Origin: Desulfosudaceae bacterium
GTDB taxonomy: Bacteria; Desulfobacterota; Desulfobacteria; Desulfobacterales; Desulfosudaceae
NCBI GenBank assembly: GCA_963674745.2
Contig: CAXXDV010000001.1
Coordinates: 2,528,001-2,592,000, forward strand
Direction: 5' to 3'
DNA: 64,000 bases
Position numbers and translations under genes: made by a program
Notes under the pieces: generated by a model
What the model was told of the DNA's origin: nothing
Database searches by the model: none
The model's input: only the letters and a program-made list of their open reading frames with translations
Shown: positions 54,618-64,000 of the stretch, piece after piece
How the letters are laid out: each line of letters begins with the position of its first letter
Position numbering within the stretch: the stretch's first letter is position 1

Positions 54618-55697
54618 TTATCCGGACTGTCGGGCCAGTTTGGAAAACAGGGTGGCTGCAACTGTTTTGACGGCCTGCAGATCATATGAGAAAAATTCAT
54701 TTTTCAGGTCCTGAACACTCTGGCGACAGAACAGGCAGTCATTTTGATCCAGGCTGTTCCAGGCGCCCTTGACGCCTTCGGTACGGATGCTTCGGCCGTT
54801 CATGCCGCGTCCCAGCAGCATGGGGCAGGGATACATGATGCCGTTGCTGTCAATAAAAGCGTGGCTGCGTGCAATATGGCAGGGGCGGTAATCATACCCC
54901 GGCGGCAAAACGTCGTTTTTTTCAAAAATTCTGTCCAGGGGGACGTCCGGCGGAAAGTTAATAATGTTGTCCAGCAAATGGAATGTCTTATCCACCGGGT
55001 AGCCCTTTTTCTTAAAGTCGCGGACGTTGATCCAGAACTGCCGTAATTCCGGGGGGGACATGACAAAGGCCTTGTCATGTTCACGGGTAACGGCCTGCTC
55101 GCAAAGGCCCAGACTGGTGTTCCATGATCCGGCCAGATCCAGCAGGAATTCCAGGCTGCCGGCATTGTTTTTATTAAACACGGTCCGCATCTGGATGGGG
55201 ATGCCGTTTTTCCGGCACAAATCCATGCTTTCCATGATTTTCCCATAGGATCCCCGTCCCCGGTTTTTTTCCATGTCCGTTTCGGTGCCGTCGATACTGT
55301 GGCAGACATAACTGACTTTTTTTAAAGCGTCCAGCCGTCTGGCCGTGAAATAACCGTTGGTAATGACCTCAACGATAATCTGTTTGCGGGCGATATAGTC
55401 AATGATGTCACCCACGTCCTCCCTGAGCAGTGGTTCTCCACCAAGCAGGACAATATAACGGGTGCCCATGCGGTAAAGCTCATCAACGATATGAAAGATT
55501 TCCTGTAGCGAAAATTCATTCTCATCTTTTCTATGAGGAGAGTCGGGAAAACAGTAAACACATTTCAGGTTGCATCTGGGGGTAATAAACAACCCGACAT
55601 ATAAAGGGATACGCTGGCCCGTGACAAAGGCCCGGGTATATTGAGCAGCCGCTTTTACAAGCGTTCGGCTGCCGGCAAAAGATCGCCCGACGTTCAT
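54618..55697 (-). CDS. Radical SAM protein with a twitch/SPASM-like C-terminus
   Basis: CNLKCVYC, GGEPLLR, TNG, SIDG, CH...GIMYPC and CLFC; probable start ATG 55697 with a GAAGGTG RBS (ORF track extends to 55853). Confidence 0.88.
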   Translation of the reverse strand: MNVGRSFAGSRTLVKAAAQYTRAFVTGQRIPLYVGLFITPRCNLKCVYCFPDSPHRKDENEFSLQEIFHIVDELYRMGTRYIVLLGGEPLLREDVGDIIDYIARKQIIVEVITNGYFTARRLDALKKVSYVCHSIDGTETDMEKNRGRGSYGKIMESMDLCRKNGIPIQMRTVFNKNNAGSLEFLLDLAGSWNTSLGLCEQAVTREHDKAFVMSPPELRQFWINVRDFKKKGYPVDKTFHLLDNIINFPPDVPLDRIFEKNDVLPPGYDYRPCHIARSHAFIDSNGIMYPCPMLLGRGMNGRSIRTEGVKGAWNSLDQNDCLFCRQSVQDLKNEFFSYDLQAVKTVAATLFSKLARQSG

Positions 55698-55901
55698 GGA
55701 CAACACCTTCTGATATTTTTCCGATTGATGGCAAGTTATGATCATACCCGTGATGCCGCTTGAATGCAAGAATGGAACGATAACCGGACATTGCTTTTTC
55801 GCGGGAAACCGATTATCTTGATCGAAATAATAATCGTCAAAAACGTTATGCAATTATTCGAATCGGCCGGGTAATGGCTGGGTGGGGGTATATTTTAATC
55901 T

Positions 55902-57212
55902 ATGAGCGATTCGCTTAGAAATGGTAATCCCGGCCGGCCATCTGTTTACCGACGAATGATACCCCTTTACGTTGTTGCGGCCGCGTCAGTGCTGCTTGTC
56001 TGTTTCCAGAAGTTGATATCGCCAAGAATCGGCTTTGTCGGTTATACCGGAAGCGCGTTTTATCTTCAGGATTTCGCTTACCATATTATCCTGACAGACC
56101 ATTTCTGGTTTAAGGAAGCCGGTAACTTTTATGATTTGAATTTTCAGCTTCAAGCGCTTTCATCGTATATGGGCAGGCCGGCTCTGGCAGCAATGCCAGT
56201 GGGTGTGACGCCGTTGGCATTTATTGTCTGGATGCCGTTCGCGTATATTGCCGATTACAGCCTCTCTTTTGCCTACAGCCTGTGGATGACCGTTTCTATA
56301 GTTGTATTGGTGTCGGCACTGTGGAAAATATGGGCTTCCCTATCTCCGGTTAGGTCGTTTCAGATCCTGCCGCTGGTGTTGATCGGAATTTCCCTCTTTT
56401 CACTTGTTGCCGTGTCGACCGTTGTCGTGGGGCAGACCTCTATCTTTACGGCGGGCATTCTTTGTCTCATTTTTTACAGGATTATGTACTGTCATAACAG
56501 TGCCGACGATCGCCAGGTCGACTGGCTGGTTATTTTTCTGGTCTTGCTGGGAGGTATGAAGCCGCCTTACCTGATTATCGGTTTCGGAAGTCTATTGGTT
56601 TATGGAAGGTGGGGGGATGTTGCCCGGGCAGCCGGCATTCTGCTGCTTGTGCTGGTGGTAATGACACCCATGATGACGGCGGGGTGGCCGGAAGCCTACT
56701 TGCATATGCTGCAAATGTACGGAGGCAAAAATTTTCCCGATATATACGCCTGGGCTGTTGTTCCCCGGACAATGAATATTTTCCGGAGCGCGATATCCGG
56801 CTTGACCGGCGACAGGATCGCCGTCGTGGGGTCGTCGATAATTAGCATTCTGGTTTTTTCGGGTATTTTTATTTTCAGCCTGGCCAAGGCCAGGTTTGCC
56901 CCCAAGCTGCGAACGAAGCTGGTTGCGGGGCTTATAGCCTGCTGTCTATTGTTTGCACCTTATATGGGGGCTTATGAAGATATGCTGATGATCCCGATTT
57001 TTGTTATTGTTCTGTTGACAGGTGAAGCCAAGCCCTTTTCCAGTTGTCAGAGCATCGTTATATGCGTCGCTTTATTCCTCTGTCTTCTCCATGGCTTGCC
57101 GGTCTTGCCGCATACGGGCGTATCTTTTCTTCTGAAAGTGGCAGTGCTGGCGAGTATGGTTCGTTATGCAGGCAATCAGAAACAAAGAAACCCGGACTGT
57201 GATCGTTTGTAA
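55902..57212 (+). CDS. GT87/DUF2029-like GT-C membrane glycosyltransferase
   Basis: Multi-TM; DF after TM1, TP...PF, GQTS, KP and PY...YED patterns. Confidence 0.65.
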   Translation: MSDSLRNGNPGRPSVYRRMIPLYVVAAASVLLVCFQKLISPRIGFVGYTGSAFYLQDFAYHIILTDHFWFKEAGNFYDLNFQLQALSSYMGRPALAAMPVGVTPLAFIVWMPFAYIADYSLSFAYSLWMTVSIVVLVSALWKIWASLSPVRSFQILPLVLIGISLFSLVAVSTVVVGQTSIFTAGILCLIFYRIMYCHNSADDRQVDWLVIFLVLLGGMKPPYLIIGFGSLLVYGRWGDVARAAGILLLVLVVMTPMMTAGWPEAYLHMLQMYGGKNFPDIYAWAVVPRTMNIFRSAISGLTGDRIAVVGSSIISILVFSGIFIFSLAKARFAPKLRTKLVAGLIACCLLFAPYMGAYEDMLMIPIFVIVLLTGEAKPFSSCQSIVICVALFLCLLHGLPVLPHTGVSFLLKVAVLASMVRYAGNQKQRNPDCDRL

Positions 57213-57219
57213 TGGAAGC

Positions 57220-59166
57220 TTACTGCCTGGGGCCACAGGAACTGATCAGTTCCTGGAAAGCCGGGATTCGACGGATATTGTCCAGGTCTTTATCAATCGC
57301 CAGAAGCTCGAAGTGTGTAAACCCGGCAGCAATGCTTTTCCTCAGCCAGGCCATGGCTGTTGCCGGATCGTTCTTCAACGCGAAAAGGCAGGCCAGGTTG
57401 TAAGTTGTGGTAATGCTGTATTCGGGCTTCCTGTCAAGCAGCTGTTTGTATACGGCGACAGCCTCATCATACCGGCCTTCTGTTTTATAAATGCCGGCTA
57501 GCATCTCGGCGGTTTTGACATGACCGGGCTCAATGGACAGGGCCTGTTTGAAATTCCTGACGGCATCATCTGTTTTCCGGTCGTTTAGCATAATCAGGCC
57601 CATGAGATGATATATGAGGGCGGCGTTTTTATAGTCCGGGTTAATATCCAGAACACGTTGGAAATGTGTCAGCGCCCGTTTGGGGTCACCTTTGGTTAGC
57701 ATCGTCCTGGCCATGTTATAATGGGCCTCCGCGAATTCCGGCCGGTGTTCGATGGCCCGGGCAAAATGCGTCAGGGCGGCATCGGTCTTTCCTTCTGCCG
57801 TCAGCAATACCCCCAGGTTGTTATGGGCCTGAGGAAATTCCGGATGGATCGCCAGTGCCCGGTCGAGGTGAGGTCTGGCCTCCTCGATCCGTCCCTTCTC
57901 CACCAGGGCTCTGGCCAGGTTGTTATGGGCGGCGTAATTGTCAGCGGTTACGGACAGCGCCTGCCGGAAAATTGTCTCGCTGTCCTGCCAGTGGCCCAGT
58001 TGACGACGGGAAAACAGACCAAGTGTCGTCAGTATGATCAGAATGAGTAAAACGGTCAGGGCTTTTTTTACAGGCCGGTGTCGGAACGTCTCCGCAAGAC
58101 CCCAGACGACAGCGATCATAATACCGATACCGGGAATATAGGCGTAACGGTCGGCCATGGCGTGTCCGCCTAAAGGAATGATCCCGATCACCGGTAACAG
58201 GGCGATGAGAAACCAGAACCATCCGCAAACAGCATAGGGCATTTTCTTGCGCCGGATGATGACCAGGAGGCTGATCAGCACCAGCAATGAGGCGCCGCCG
58301 GCAGCGTTTACCCAGTTTATAGCCGGCGGCCAGGGGTAGAAAACGGCCAGGCCGGAAGGCCGGAACAGGCGGCCAAGATAGGTCATGTAGCTGATCAGGG
58401 CATTGCCAATCCGGTCGATAAACGGGATTGCGGACAGGGTCGGCAGGGCGTCGGCCTGCTGCTGGGTAATCATGGCAACGATTCCGATGACCAGAGAAAG
58501 CATCAGCAGGGGCAGTTTTTCTTTGAAAAGAGATATCGGGGACTCATTCTGAAATCGGTTCAGCGGCCAGTAATCCAGCAGCAGGAATATTAATGGCAGT
58601 GTGACCGGCATGGGTTTGGCCATCATGCCCAGGAAAAAACATATTACAGTCAGCAGGTATCTGCCGGCGGATTTTCGCCGGACATATCCCGCATAGGCGA
58701 AAATGGCCAGCAGCCAGAAAAAGGCCGCCAGCAGGCCTTTGCGACAGGCGATATAGGCTACCGGTTCAACGTTGAGCGGGTGCAGGGCAAATACGGCAGC
58801 CACCAGCCAGCTCCGGTAAAAAGAACCGGTCAGGGACCGTAATACGAAAAACAACAGCAGGACATTGAATATATGAAGGACCAGGCTGGTCAAATGGTGC
58901 CCGGCCGGACGCGGGCCATATAGTTGGTAGTCGGTCATGTGAGACAGCCAGGTCAGCGGCATCCACATGCAGTCGTGCAGGGTAAAGGCCCGCTGTATGT
59001 TCTTCAGCGTCAATCCCCCGGGGACATGATGCCGTTCGATAAAAAAAGGATCATCCATGTTCAGAAAATCGTATCCCTTGACGGGATAAAACAGGGCCAT
59101 GACCAGTGCCATCAGAAAAAGAACGGCCAGGATTGTTTTCGTGTTTCGTGTCATTATTTGACGCAT
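57220..59166 (-). CDS. TMTC-like GT-C membrane glycosyltransferase with C-terminal TPRs
   Basis: FLNMDD, WMPLTWLSH, HPLNVEPVAY, KPMPVTLP, LLDYWPL and ADRYAYIP; TPR tail ending in YNLAC. Confidence 0.85.
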   Translation of the reverse strand: MRQIMTRNTKTILAVLFLMALVMALFYPVKGYDFLNMDDPFFIERHHVPGGLTLKNIQRAFTLHDCMWMPLTWLSHMTDYQLYGPRPAGHHLTSLVLHIFNVLLLFFVLRSLTGSFYRSWLVAAVFALHPLNVEPVAYIACRKGLLAAFFWLLAIFAYAGYVRRKSAGRYLLTVICFFLGMMAKPMPVTLPLIFLLLDYWPLNRFQNESPISLFKEKLPLLMLSLVIGIVAMITQQQADALPTLSAIPFIDRIGNALISYMTYLGRLFRPSGLAVFYPWPPAINWVNAAGGASLLVLISLLVIIRRKKMPYAVCGWFWFLIALLPVIGIIPLGGHAMADRYAYIPGIGIMIAVVWGLAETFRHRPVKKALTVLLILIILTTLGLFSRRQLGHWQDSETIFRQALSVTADNYAAHNNLARALVEKGRIEEARPHLDRALAIHPEFPQAHNNLGVLLTAEGKTDAALTHFARAIEHRPEFAEAHYNMARTMLTKGDPKRALTHFQRVLDINPDYKNAALIYHLMGLIMLNDRKTDDAVRNFKQALSIEPGHVKTAEMLAGIYKTEGRYDEAVAVYKQLLDRKPEYSITTTYNLACLFALKNDPATAMAWLRKSIAAGFTHFELLAIDKDLDNIRRIPAFQELISSCGPRQ

Positions 59167-59179
59167 CCGTTTTTCATTA

Positions 59180-60568
59180 TTATATCCGCCTGAGTTTGAG
59201 GAACAATTTTTTTATCCCCACCGGGCTGGTCAATGACCGCAATGTGAACCGGATTCTGGCGGGATACAGGTAGAAATAAACGTAAGCGATTTTTCTGAGT
59301 ATGGCCAGCCTGGCCGGGCTGATTTCGTGGACGCTCATGGCCGGCCGTTGAACATGGTTGTAATCATAGGCGTCAACATTTGACGGCTGTTGCCAGCCGG
59401 CGGCCACCAGATCATTAAACAACGACGAACCCGGTGTCGGGGTGGTCACGGAAAAAAGGGCTTCGGTCAGATCGGCTTTGGCCGCGAATCTGATCGTGTT
59501 CCAGACTTCCCGGGTGGTTTCCGTGGGCGCGCCCAGCATGAAAAAAGCGAATACCTGGACCCCCAGTTTTCTGGCATTTTCAAGCAGCCTGACGATGTCG
59601 CTGTATTGAATTTTTTTGTTGTAGATACCGTTGCGGATTCTGTCGGTAATGGATTCGATGCCGATTTTTATTTTTACCAGTCCGGCGGCTTTCATTTTTT
59701 CCATGGTGGTGTAATCAAGGGTGTCCGCCCGGGTATTGCAGGCCCAGGCGATATGGATATTCCGGTTTATCAGTTCCGTTGAAAAGCGTTCCAGCCAGCC
59801 GGGTACGACGGCGATCAAATCGTCGGCAAAGTAAAAGGCGTTAATGGCATATGTTTTTTGTAAATACCGGATATCGTCCGCAACCCGTTCCGGCGACCGG
59901 ATCCTGACCTTCCGGCCCAGGGTTTTGCGCACCGTCGGCTGACAGAAAGTACAATCATAAGGGCAACCCCGGGATATGGTCAGGGAAATCCCCCTGGCAT
60001 CCGGCCGGTAGGAATCGAGCTGGAAAAAATAGTTGATGTATCGTTCCATGTCAAACAAATCGAATGCCGGTGAGGGCAGGGCGTCGATATCCTCAATCAG
60101 CGGACGCGGCGGATTTTTCCGGACATCGCCGTCTTCTTTGTACCAGATGCCCTTTACATCCCTGAAATTTTTGTCCCTGTAAAAAGCGTCCACGTATTCT
60201 TTTAGGGTGACTTCCCCTTCGCCGATGCAGACGGCGTCAATGTCGGGAAATTTGATGATATCAGCGGCTGCTATGGTTGCCTGAGGCCCGCCGACAATGA
60301 CCAGGGATCCGTGGCGCCGGGCGATACGGGCGGCTTTTACCGCATTGGGCGCCATTAACACATCCATGAAAATACCGGTAATATCCGGTTTGAATCGGGC
60401 CAGTCGGTGGTCGATATGGTCAAAAGAGGGAGTGAAGCTGGTATCAATCAGATCGATGTTAATATCATTAATCTGTTCCCGGATATAGGCGGCAATCGTG
60501 GCCAGGCCGGTCGGCAGTTCTCCGGACGGGTAAAGAAACCGGGGAAAAATGAGGGCGATCTTTTTCAT
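59180..60568 (-). CDS. B12-binding radical SAM protein
   Basis: PTGLATIAAY, VGGPQAT, GEGE, SRGCPYDCTFC, DD, IGIES and PTPGS; probable start MKKIALIF at 60568. Confidence 0.92.
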   Translation of the reverse strand: MKKIALIFPRFLYPSGELPTGLATIAAYIREQINDINIDLIDTSFTPSFDHIDHRLARFKPDITGIFMDVLMAPNAVKAARIARRHGSLVIVGGPQATIAAADIIKFPDIDAVCIGEGEVTLKEYVDAFYRDKNFRDVKGIWYKEDGDVRKNPPRPLIEDIDALPSPAFDLFDMERYINYFFQLDSYRPDARGISLTISRGCPYDCTFCQPTVRKTLGRKVRIRSPERVADDIRYLQKTYAINAFYFADDLIAVVPGWLERFSTELINRNIHIAWACNTRADTLDYTTMEKMKAAGLVKIKIGIESITDRIRNGIYNKKIQYSDIVRLLENARKLGVQVFAFFMLGAPTETTREVWNTIRFAAKADLTEALFSVTTPTPGSSLFNDLVAAGWQQPSNVDAYDYNHVQRPAMSVHEISPARLAILRKIAYVYFYLYPARIRFTLRSLTSPVGIKKLFLKLRRI

Positions 60569-60668
60569 TTGATGGCAGACGTCATTGCCTCTGGGTTTGT
60601 TTTTTGCTTTGAACAATTTAAAAAATTTTTGCCATTATACAGCAGGAAGGGATGAAATACGAGGGTTT

Positions 60669-60712
60669 AAAAAAACAAAGCGGCAGGCCGATATTCCGGT
60701 CCTGCCGCTTTG
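60669..60712 (-). terminator. Rho-independent terminator of hsp20
   Basis: 12-bp stem CAAAGCGGCAGG/CCTGCCGCTTTG followed by a 7-U run on the minus strand, 20 nt after the stop codon. Confidence 0.85.
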
Positions 60713-60732
60713 ATGATTTACGTGCGATGAGA

Positions 60733-61176
60733 TTACAGGATTTTGATTTTTTTGGGTTTGGCGGCTTCTGCTTTCGGGATGCTGACCGTCAGAACGCCGT
60801 TTGTATAAACGGCATCGACTTTTTCCATGGATGCGTCTTCGGGCAGCAGCAGGCTTCTGGAAAAAGATCCGTAACGGCTTTCCATGTAGTGGTAATTTTC
60901 TTTTTCCTCTTTTTCTTCATACCGTTTTTCACCCTTGATGGTCAACACACCGTCGGTCAGCGAGATATCGATATCGTCTTTGCTGATCCCCGGCAGCTCC
61001 GCCTTGACCGTGTATTCATTCTCAGTTTCCGAAAAATCAACGGCCGGACGCCAGTCTTTTTCCCAGGTTGAAACCGTGGGCGCAAAATCATTAAAAAAGC
61101 TGTCAAACAGACTGGTTCGGGCCGGTTCCCGATGCCTTAGCCAAGTATTATTGAAGATGGGTAATAAAGCGTTCAT
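60733..61176 (-). CDS. Hsp20/alpha-crystallin small heat-shock protein
   Basis: PAVD, AELPG, LTIKGEK, ESRYGSFSRS and NGVLTVSIPK; GGAGG RBS. Confidence 0.95.
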   Translation of the reverse strand: MNALLPIFNNTWLRHREPARTSLFDSFFNDFAPTVSTWEKDWRPAVDFSETENEYTVKAELPGISKDDIDISLTDGVLTIKGEKRYEEKEEKENYHYMESRYGSFSRSLLLPEDASMEKVDAVYTNGVLTVSIPKAEAAKPKKIKIL

Positions 61177-61489
61177 AATAATCCTCCATATTGTAAAATA
61201 CTGTTATTACAAATTCATTTTTCTTTTCTGTTATAAATAGAATAAGCATTGTAAGATGGCCGTCAAGAGGGAATGGCGTTTTTTTTGAATGACATGTCTG
61301 CTTATGGCAATGGTTTTTGTCATCATACCTGTTTTGATCGGGTTCAGTGTTAAATCGTCAAGACCGCTTTAAGCGGCTTGTTTGATAAAGATTTTTACAG
61401 GCCAGTTCGGTGTGGATATACCATGACTTTTGGTCGATAATAAGATAAAAGAAAATGATCGATAAACCCAATCAAACAGGAGATAACCA

Positions 61490-62251
61490 TTGGAGAAAAC
61501 AATCAGAATCATGCCATGCCTGGATATGCAGAACGGACGGGTTGTCAAGGGCGTTCATTTTGTTGACATACGAGACGCCGGCGATCCGGTTGAATGCGCT
61601 CGCGCTTATTGCGCGTCGGGTGCGGACGAACTGGCGCTTCTGGACATCACTGCCACGGTGGAAGGCAGGGCCACCATGCTCGACGTCGTTAAACGGGTGG
61701 CTGAAGTCACCACCGTGCCGTTTACCGTAGGTGGCGGCATATCCGATGTGAAATCGGCCGAACGGGTGCTGAGCGCCGGTGCAGACAAGGTGTCGACCAG
61801 CAGTGCCGCTTTCCGGAAGCCCGAGGTGATCGAGGAGATGGTAAAAGTGTTGGGAGCCGAGAAGGTAACGGTGGCCATTGACGTGGATCAGAACGCGGCC
61901 ATGCCTTCGGGTTATGAAGTATACATCGACGGCGGACGAACGGCGACCGGCGCGGATGCCATCGAATGGGCCAGGCGTGTCGATGGTTATGGTGTTCCGG
62001 TCATTTTACCGACCAGCAAGGCAGGGGACGGTGTTCGGACCGGATATGACCTGCCGGTGATCAGCGCCATCAAGGCAGCCGTTTCGGCTGAAGTGGTGGC
62101 TTCCGGCGGAGCGGGTGAGTCGGAACATTTCTATCAGGCAGTTGAATCGGGCGCGACCATCCTGCTGGCTGCGTCTGTGTTTCATTTCGGCATCATCGGC
62201 ATCGGCGAACTAAAGGATTACCTGCGTGAGCGGGGCGTCGCCGTTCGTTGA
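61490..62251 (+). CDS. hisF: Imidazole glycerol phosphate synthase cyclase subunit (HisF-like)
   Basis: PCLD..NGRVVKG, GDPVE, GADEL, LDITA, VGGGI, ASGGAG and AASVFH; AGGAG RBS with a TTG start. Confidence 0.88.
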   Translation: MEKTIRIMPCLDMQNGRVVKGVHFVDIRDAGDPVECARAYCASGADELALLDITATVEGRATMLDVVKRVAEVTTVPFTVGGGISDVKSAERVLSAGADKVSTSSAAFRKPEVIEEMVKVLGAEKVTVAIDVDQNAAMPSGYEVYIDGGRTATGADAIEWARRVDGYGVPVILPTSKAGDGVRTGYDLPVISAIKAAVSAEVVASGGAGESEHFYQAVESGATILLAASVFHFGIIGIGELKDYLRERGVAVR

Positions 62252-62336
62252 ACCGCAAGGACATGGCGGTTGTGTGTTCCGGATTGATGAGCCGACACAA
62301 AGGGCCGTTTACGTGCCCGTCATGAAAGGGGAAAAC

Positions 62337-63125
62337 GTGAAAACCGCATTGACCATTGCCGGCTCGGATTCATCCGGTGGTGCCGGTATTCAGGCCGACC
62401 TGAAAACATTTCAAGCCCACGGCGTATTCGGGATGAGCGCTATCACCGCCGTGACTGTGCAGAATACGCAAAAGGTGTATGACGTCCAGGAGATTGATCC
62501 GAAGATCGTGTACGAGCAGATCATGCGGGTGTTTGACGATATTGCGGTCGATGCCGTCAAGATCGGCATGGTGGCCGGTGTGGCCCTGATCGAATCCATT
62601 GCCCGGGCGCTGACAGCGGTCAAGAGACCAGCGGTAGTGCTCGATCCGGTCATGATTTCAAAAAGCGGTTACGCCTTGCTAAAGCCCGATGCCCGGGATT
62701 CCCTTATGGGGCTTTTGTTTCCCCTGGCTGATATCGTGACCCCCAATATTTATGAGGCTGAGTTGCTGGCCGGCATGAAGATCAACACCGTGGATGATAT
62801 GAAAAAAGCCGCCACCATTCTTGTCAATCTGGGTGCGAAGCAGGTGGTGGTCAAAGGGGGGCATCTGGAGGAAGAAAAAGCCACGGATGTTCTGTATGAC
62901 GGTCAGGGGTTTGAGGCATTATCGGCGGACCGCATACCCTCCCGTAACACCCACGGCACGGGATGTACGTTTTCGTCCGCGCTGGCGGCCAACCTGGCCC
63001 TGGGAAAAGATTTTTTTACAGCCGCCACGGCTGCCAAGGGCTATATTACCCGGGCCATTGCCCGGGCGCCGGATATCGGCCATGGTCCCGGCCCCCTGAA
63101 CCATATGGTTCCGCCCGGGGAATAG
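62337..63125 (+). CDS. thiD: Hydroxymethylpyrimidine/phosphomethylpyrimidine kinase
   Basis: ALTIAGSDSSGGAGIQADLKT, VKIGM, DPVM, TPN, KGGH and THGTGCTFS; probable GTG start at 62337. Confidence 0.95.
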   Translation: MKTALTIAGSDSSGGAGIQADLKTFQAHGVFGMSAITAVTVQNTQKVYDVQEIDPKIVYEQIMRVFDDIAVDAVKIGMVAGVALIESIARALTAVKRPAVVLDPVMISKSGYALLKPDARDSLMGLLFPLADIVTPNIYEAELLAGMKINTVDDMKKAATILVNLGAKQVVVKGGHLEEEKATDVLYDGQGFEALSADRIPSRNTHGTGCTFSSALAANLALGKDFFTAATAAKGYITRAIARAPDIGHGPGPLNHMVPPGE

Positions 63126-63132
63126 GGACAGG

Positions 63133-64000
63133 TCAGGAGGCCTGCGCCTGCTCCAGCATCTCTTTGGCATGGGCCAGGGTTTTGTCGGTAATCTGTTCCC
63201 CACCGGTCATTCTGGCGATTTCCTGGACCCGGTCCTTTTGGGATAAAGCGTGAATGCGGGTTAATGTTCGGCCCTGTTCGACACTTTTTTCAATTTTGCA
63301 GTGCTGGTTTCCGAATTTGGCGATCTGGGCAAGGTGGGTAATGCAGATGACCTGATGGTAAGCGGAAAGAGCCAGCAGTTTTCTTCCGACGACTTCTGCC
63401 GTTTCCCCTCCGATACCGGCGTCTACCTCGTCAAAGACAATGGTGCCGACCGATTCCGTCCCTGCCAGGATGGCTTTTAAGGCCAGTACCACCCGGGAAA
63501 GCTCTCCGCCGGAGGCGATGTCCGCCAGGGCCTTTAAGGGTTCACCCACATTGGGGGCGATCTGGAAGGCGATTTTATCCAGCCCGGTTTCCTCTATGCC
63601 TTTGCCGTCTGTGGCCAGGTGCGGGTTTGAGGACTCGGATACAGGGTTGTTGCTGAAGGCCACGTCAAACTGTGTCCTGTCCATTTTCAGCCCGGTCAGT
63701 TCTTTTTCAACTTTTTTCGACAGATCCCGGGCGGCTTTTTGTCTCAAAGCCGACAATTGCCGGGCGCTGTCCGCCAGCTGTTCATGAACGTCGCTGATGC
63801 GTTTATCAAGGCCGGCAACGGTATCGGAAATGTTTTCCAGCCCGGCCAGCTCGGTGTTGATCTGCTCCAGCCGGTCCAGTACGTCGGCCAGTGTCCGGCC
63901 GTATTTCTTTTTGAGCCGGACCAGCAGGTCAAGCCGTTCCTCCACTTCCTCCAGCCGGTGATCGTCTATCTGCACACTGTCCAGATAGCTTCTTAAATGG
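63133..64000 (-). CDS. recN: DNA repair protein RecN, C-terminal part (continues past the window)
   Basis: LKKKYG, PNVGEP, ASGGELSR, FDEVDAGIGG and ITHLAQIA. Confidence 0.95.
   Translation of the reverse strand, partial: HLRSYLDSVQIDDHRLEEVEERLDLLVRLKKKYGRTLADVLDRLEQINTELAGLENISDTVAGLDKRISDVHEQLADSARQLSALRQKAARDLSKKVEKELTGLKMDRTQFDVAFSNNPVSESSNPHLATDGKGIEETGLDKIAFQIAPNVGEPLKALADIASGGELSRVVLALKAILAGTESVGTIVFDEVDAGIGGETAEVVGRKLLALSAYHQVICITHLAQIAKFGNQHCKIEKSVEQGRTLTRIHALSQKDRVQEIARMTGGEQITDKTLAHAKEMLEQAQAS

Noticed and set aside
1..64000. CRISPR arrays, tRNA/rRNA genes, transposases, integrases, prophage genes
   Set aside because: No regularly spaced repeats, RNA-gene signatures or mobile-element protein motifs were seen by eye.

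Overview
64 kb of a bacterial chromosome; gene content and style suggest a sulfate-reducing Desulfobacterota-like anaerobe (inference). Housekeeping genes sit at both ends: purL/purQ and a MOSC protein on the left; hsp20, hisF, thiD and recN on the right. Between them are two large accessory loci. (1) A co-oriented ~28 kb cluster (5271-33434) built on two iterative-type type I PKSs: KS-AT-ACP-ACP-KR and KS-AT-ACP-DH-PPTase. It also carries a free ACP, an alkaline-phosphatase-superfamily enzyme, an alpha/beta-hydrolase-PilZ fusion, a secreted esterase, a class III CoA-transferase pair (one lacking the catalytic Asp), a beta-propeller/methyltransferase fusion, a B12 radical SAM enzyme, a TPR-PilZ protein, a degenerate M50-protease/HlyD fusion, TolC and a sulfotransferase. 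No enoyl reductase, chain-length factor or ABC/RND pump is present, so it fits neither PUFA synthase nor enediyne clusters. It is the best candidate for an undescribed, possibly c-di-GMP-gated, exported sulfated/modified lipid pathway. (2) A ~15 kb island (45622-60568) interleaving five radical SAM enzymes with GT2, GT4, GT87-like and two TMTC-like GT-C/TPR proteins. Also present: galE, an SxtJ/SxtK/carbamoyltransferase/SET operon (the SxtK-like gene is absent from the ORF track), a TRAP transporter, a LarA-like/DUF4301 pair, a GTAG-type REP doublet and an internally deleted cation-transporter remnant. No rRNA, tRNA, CRISPR array or transposase was seen. All calls come from motif reading by eye; no database searches were run.
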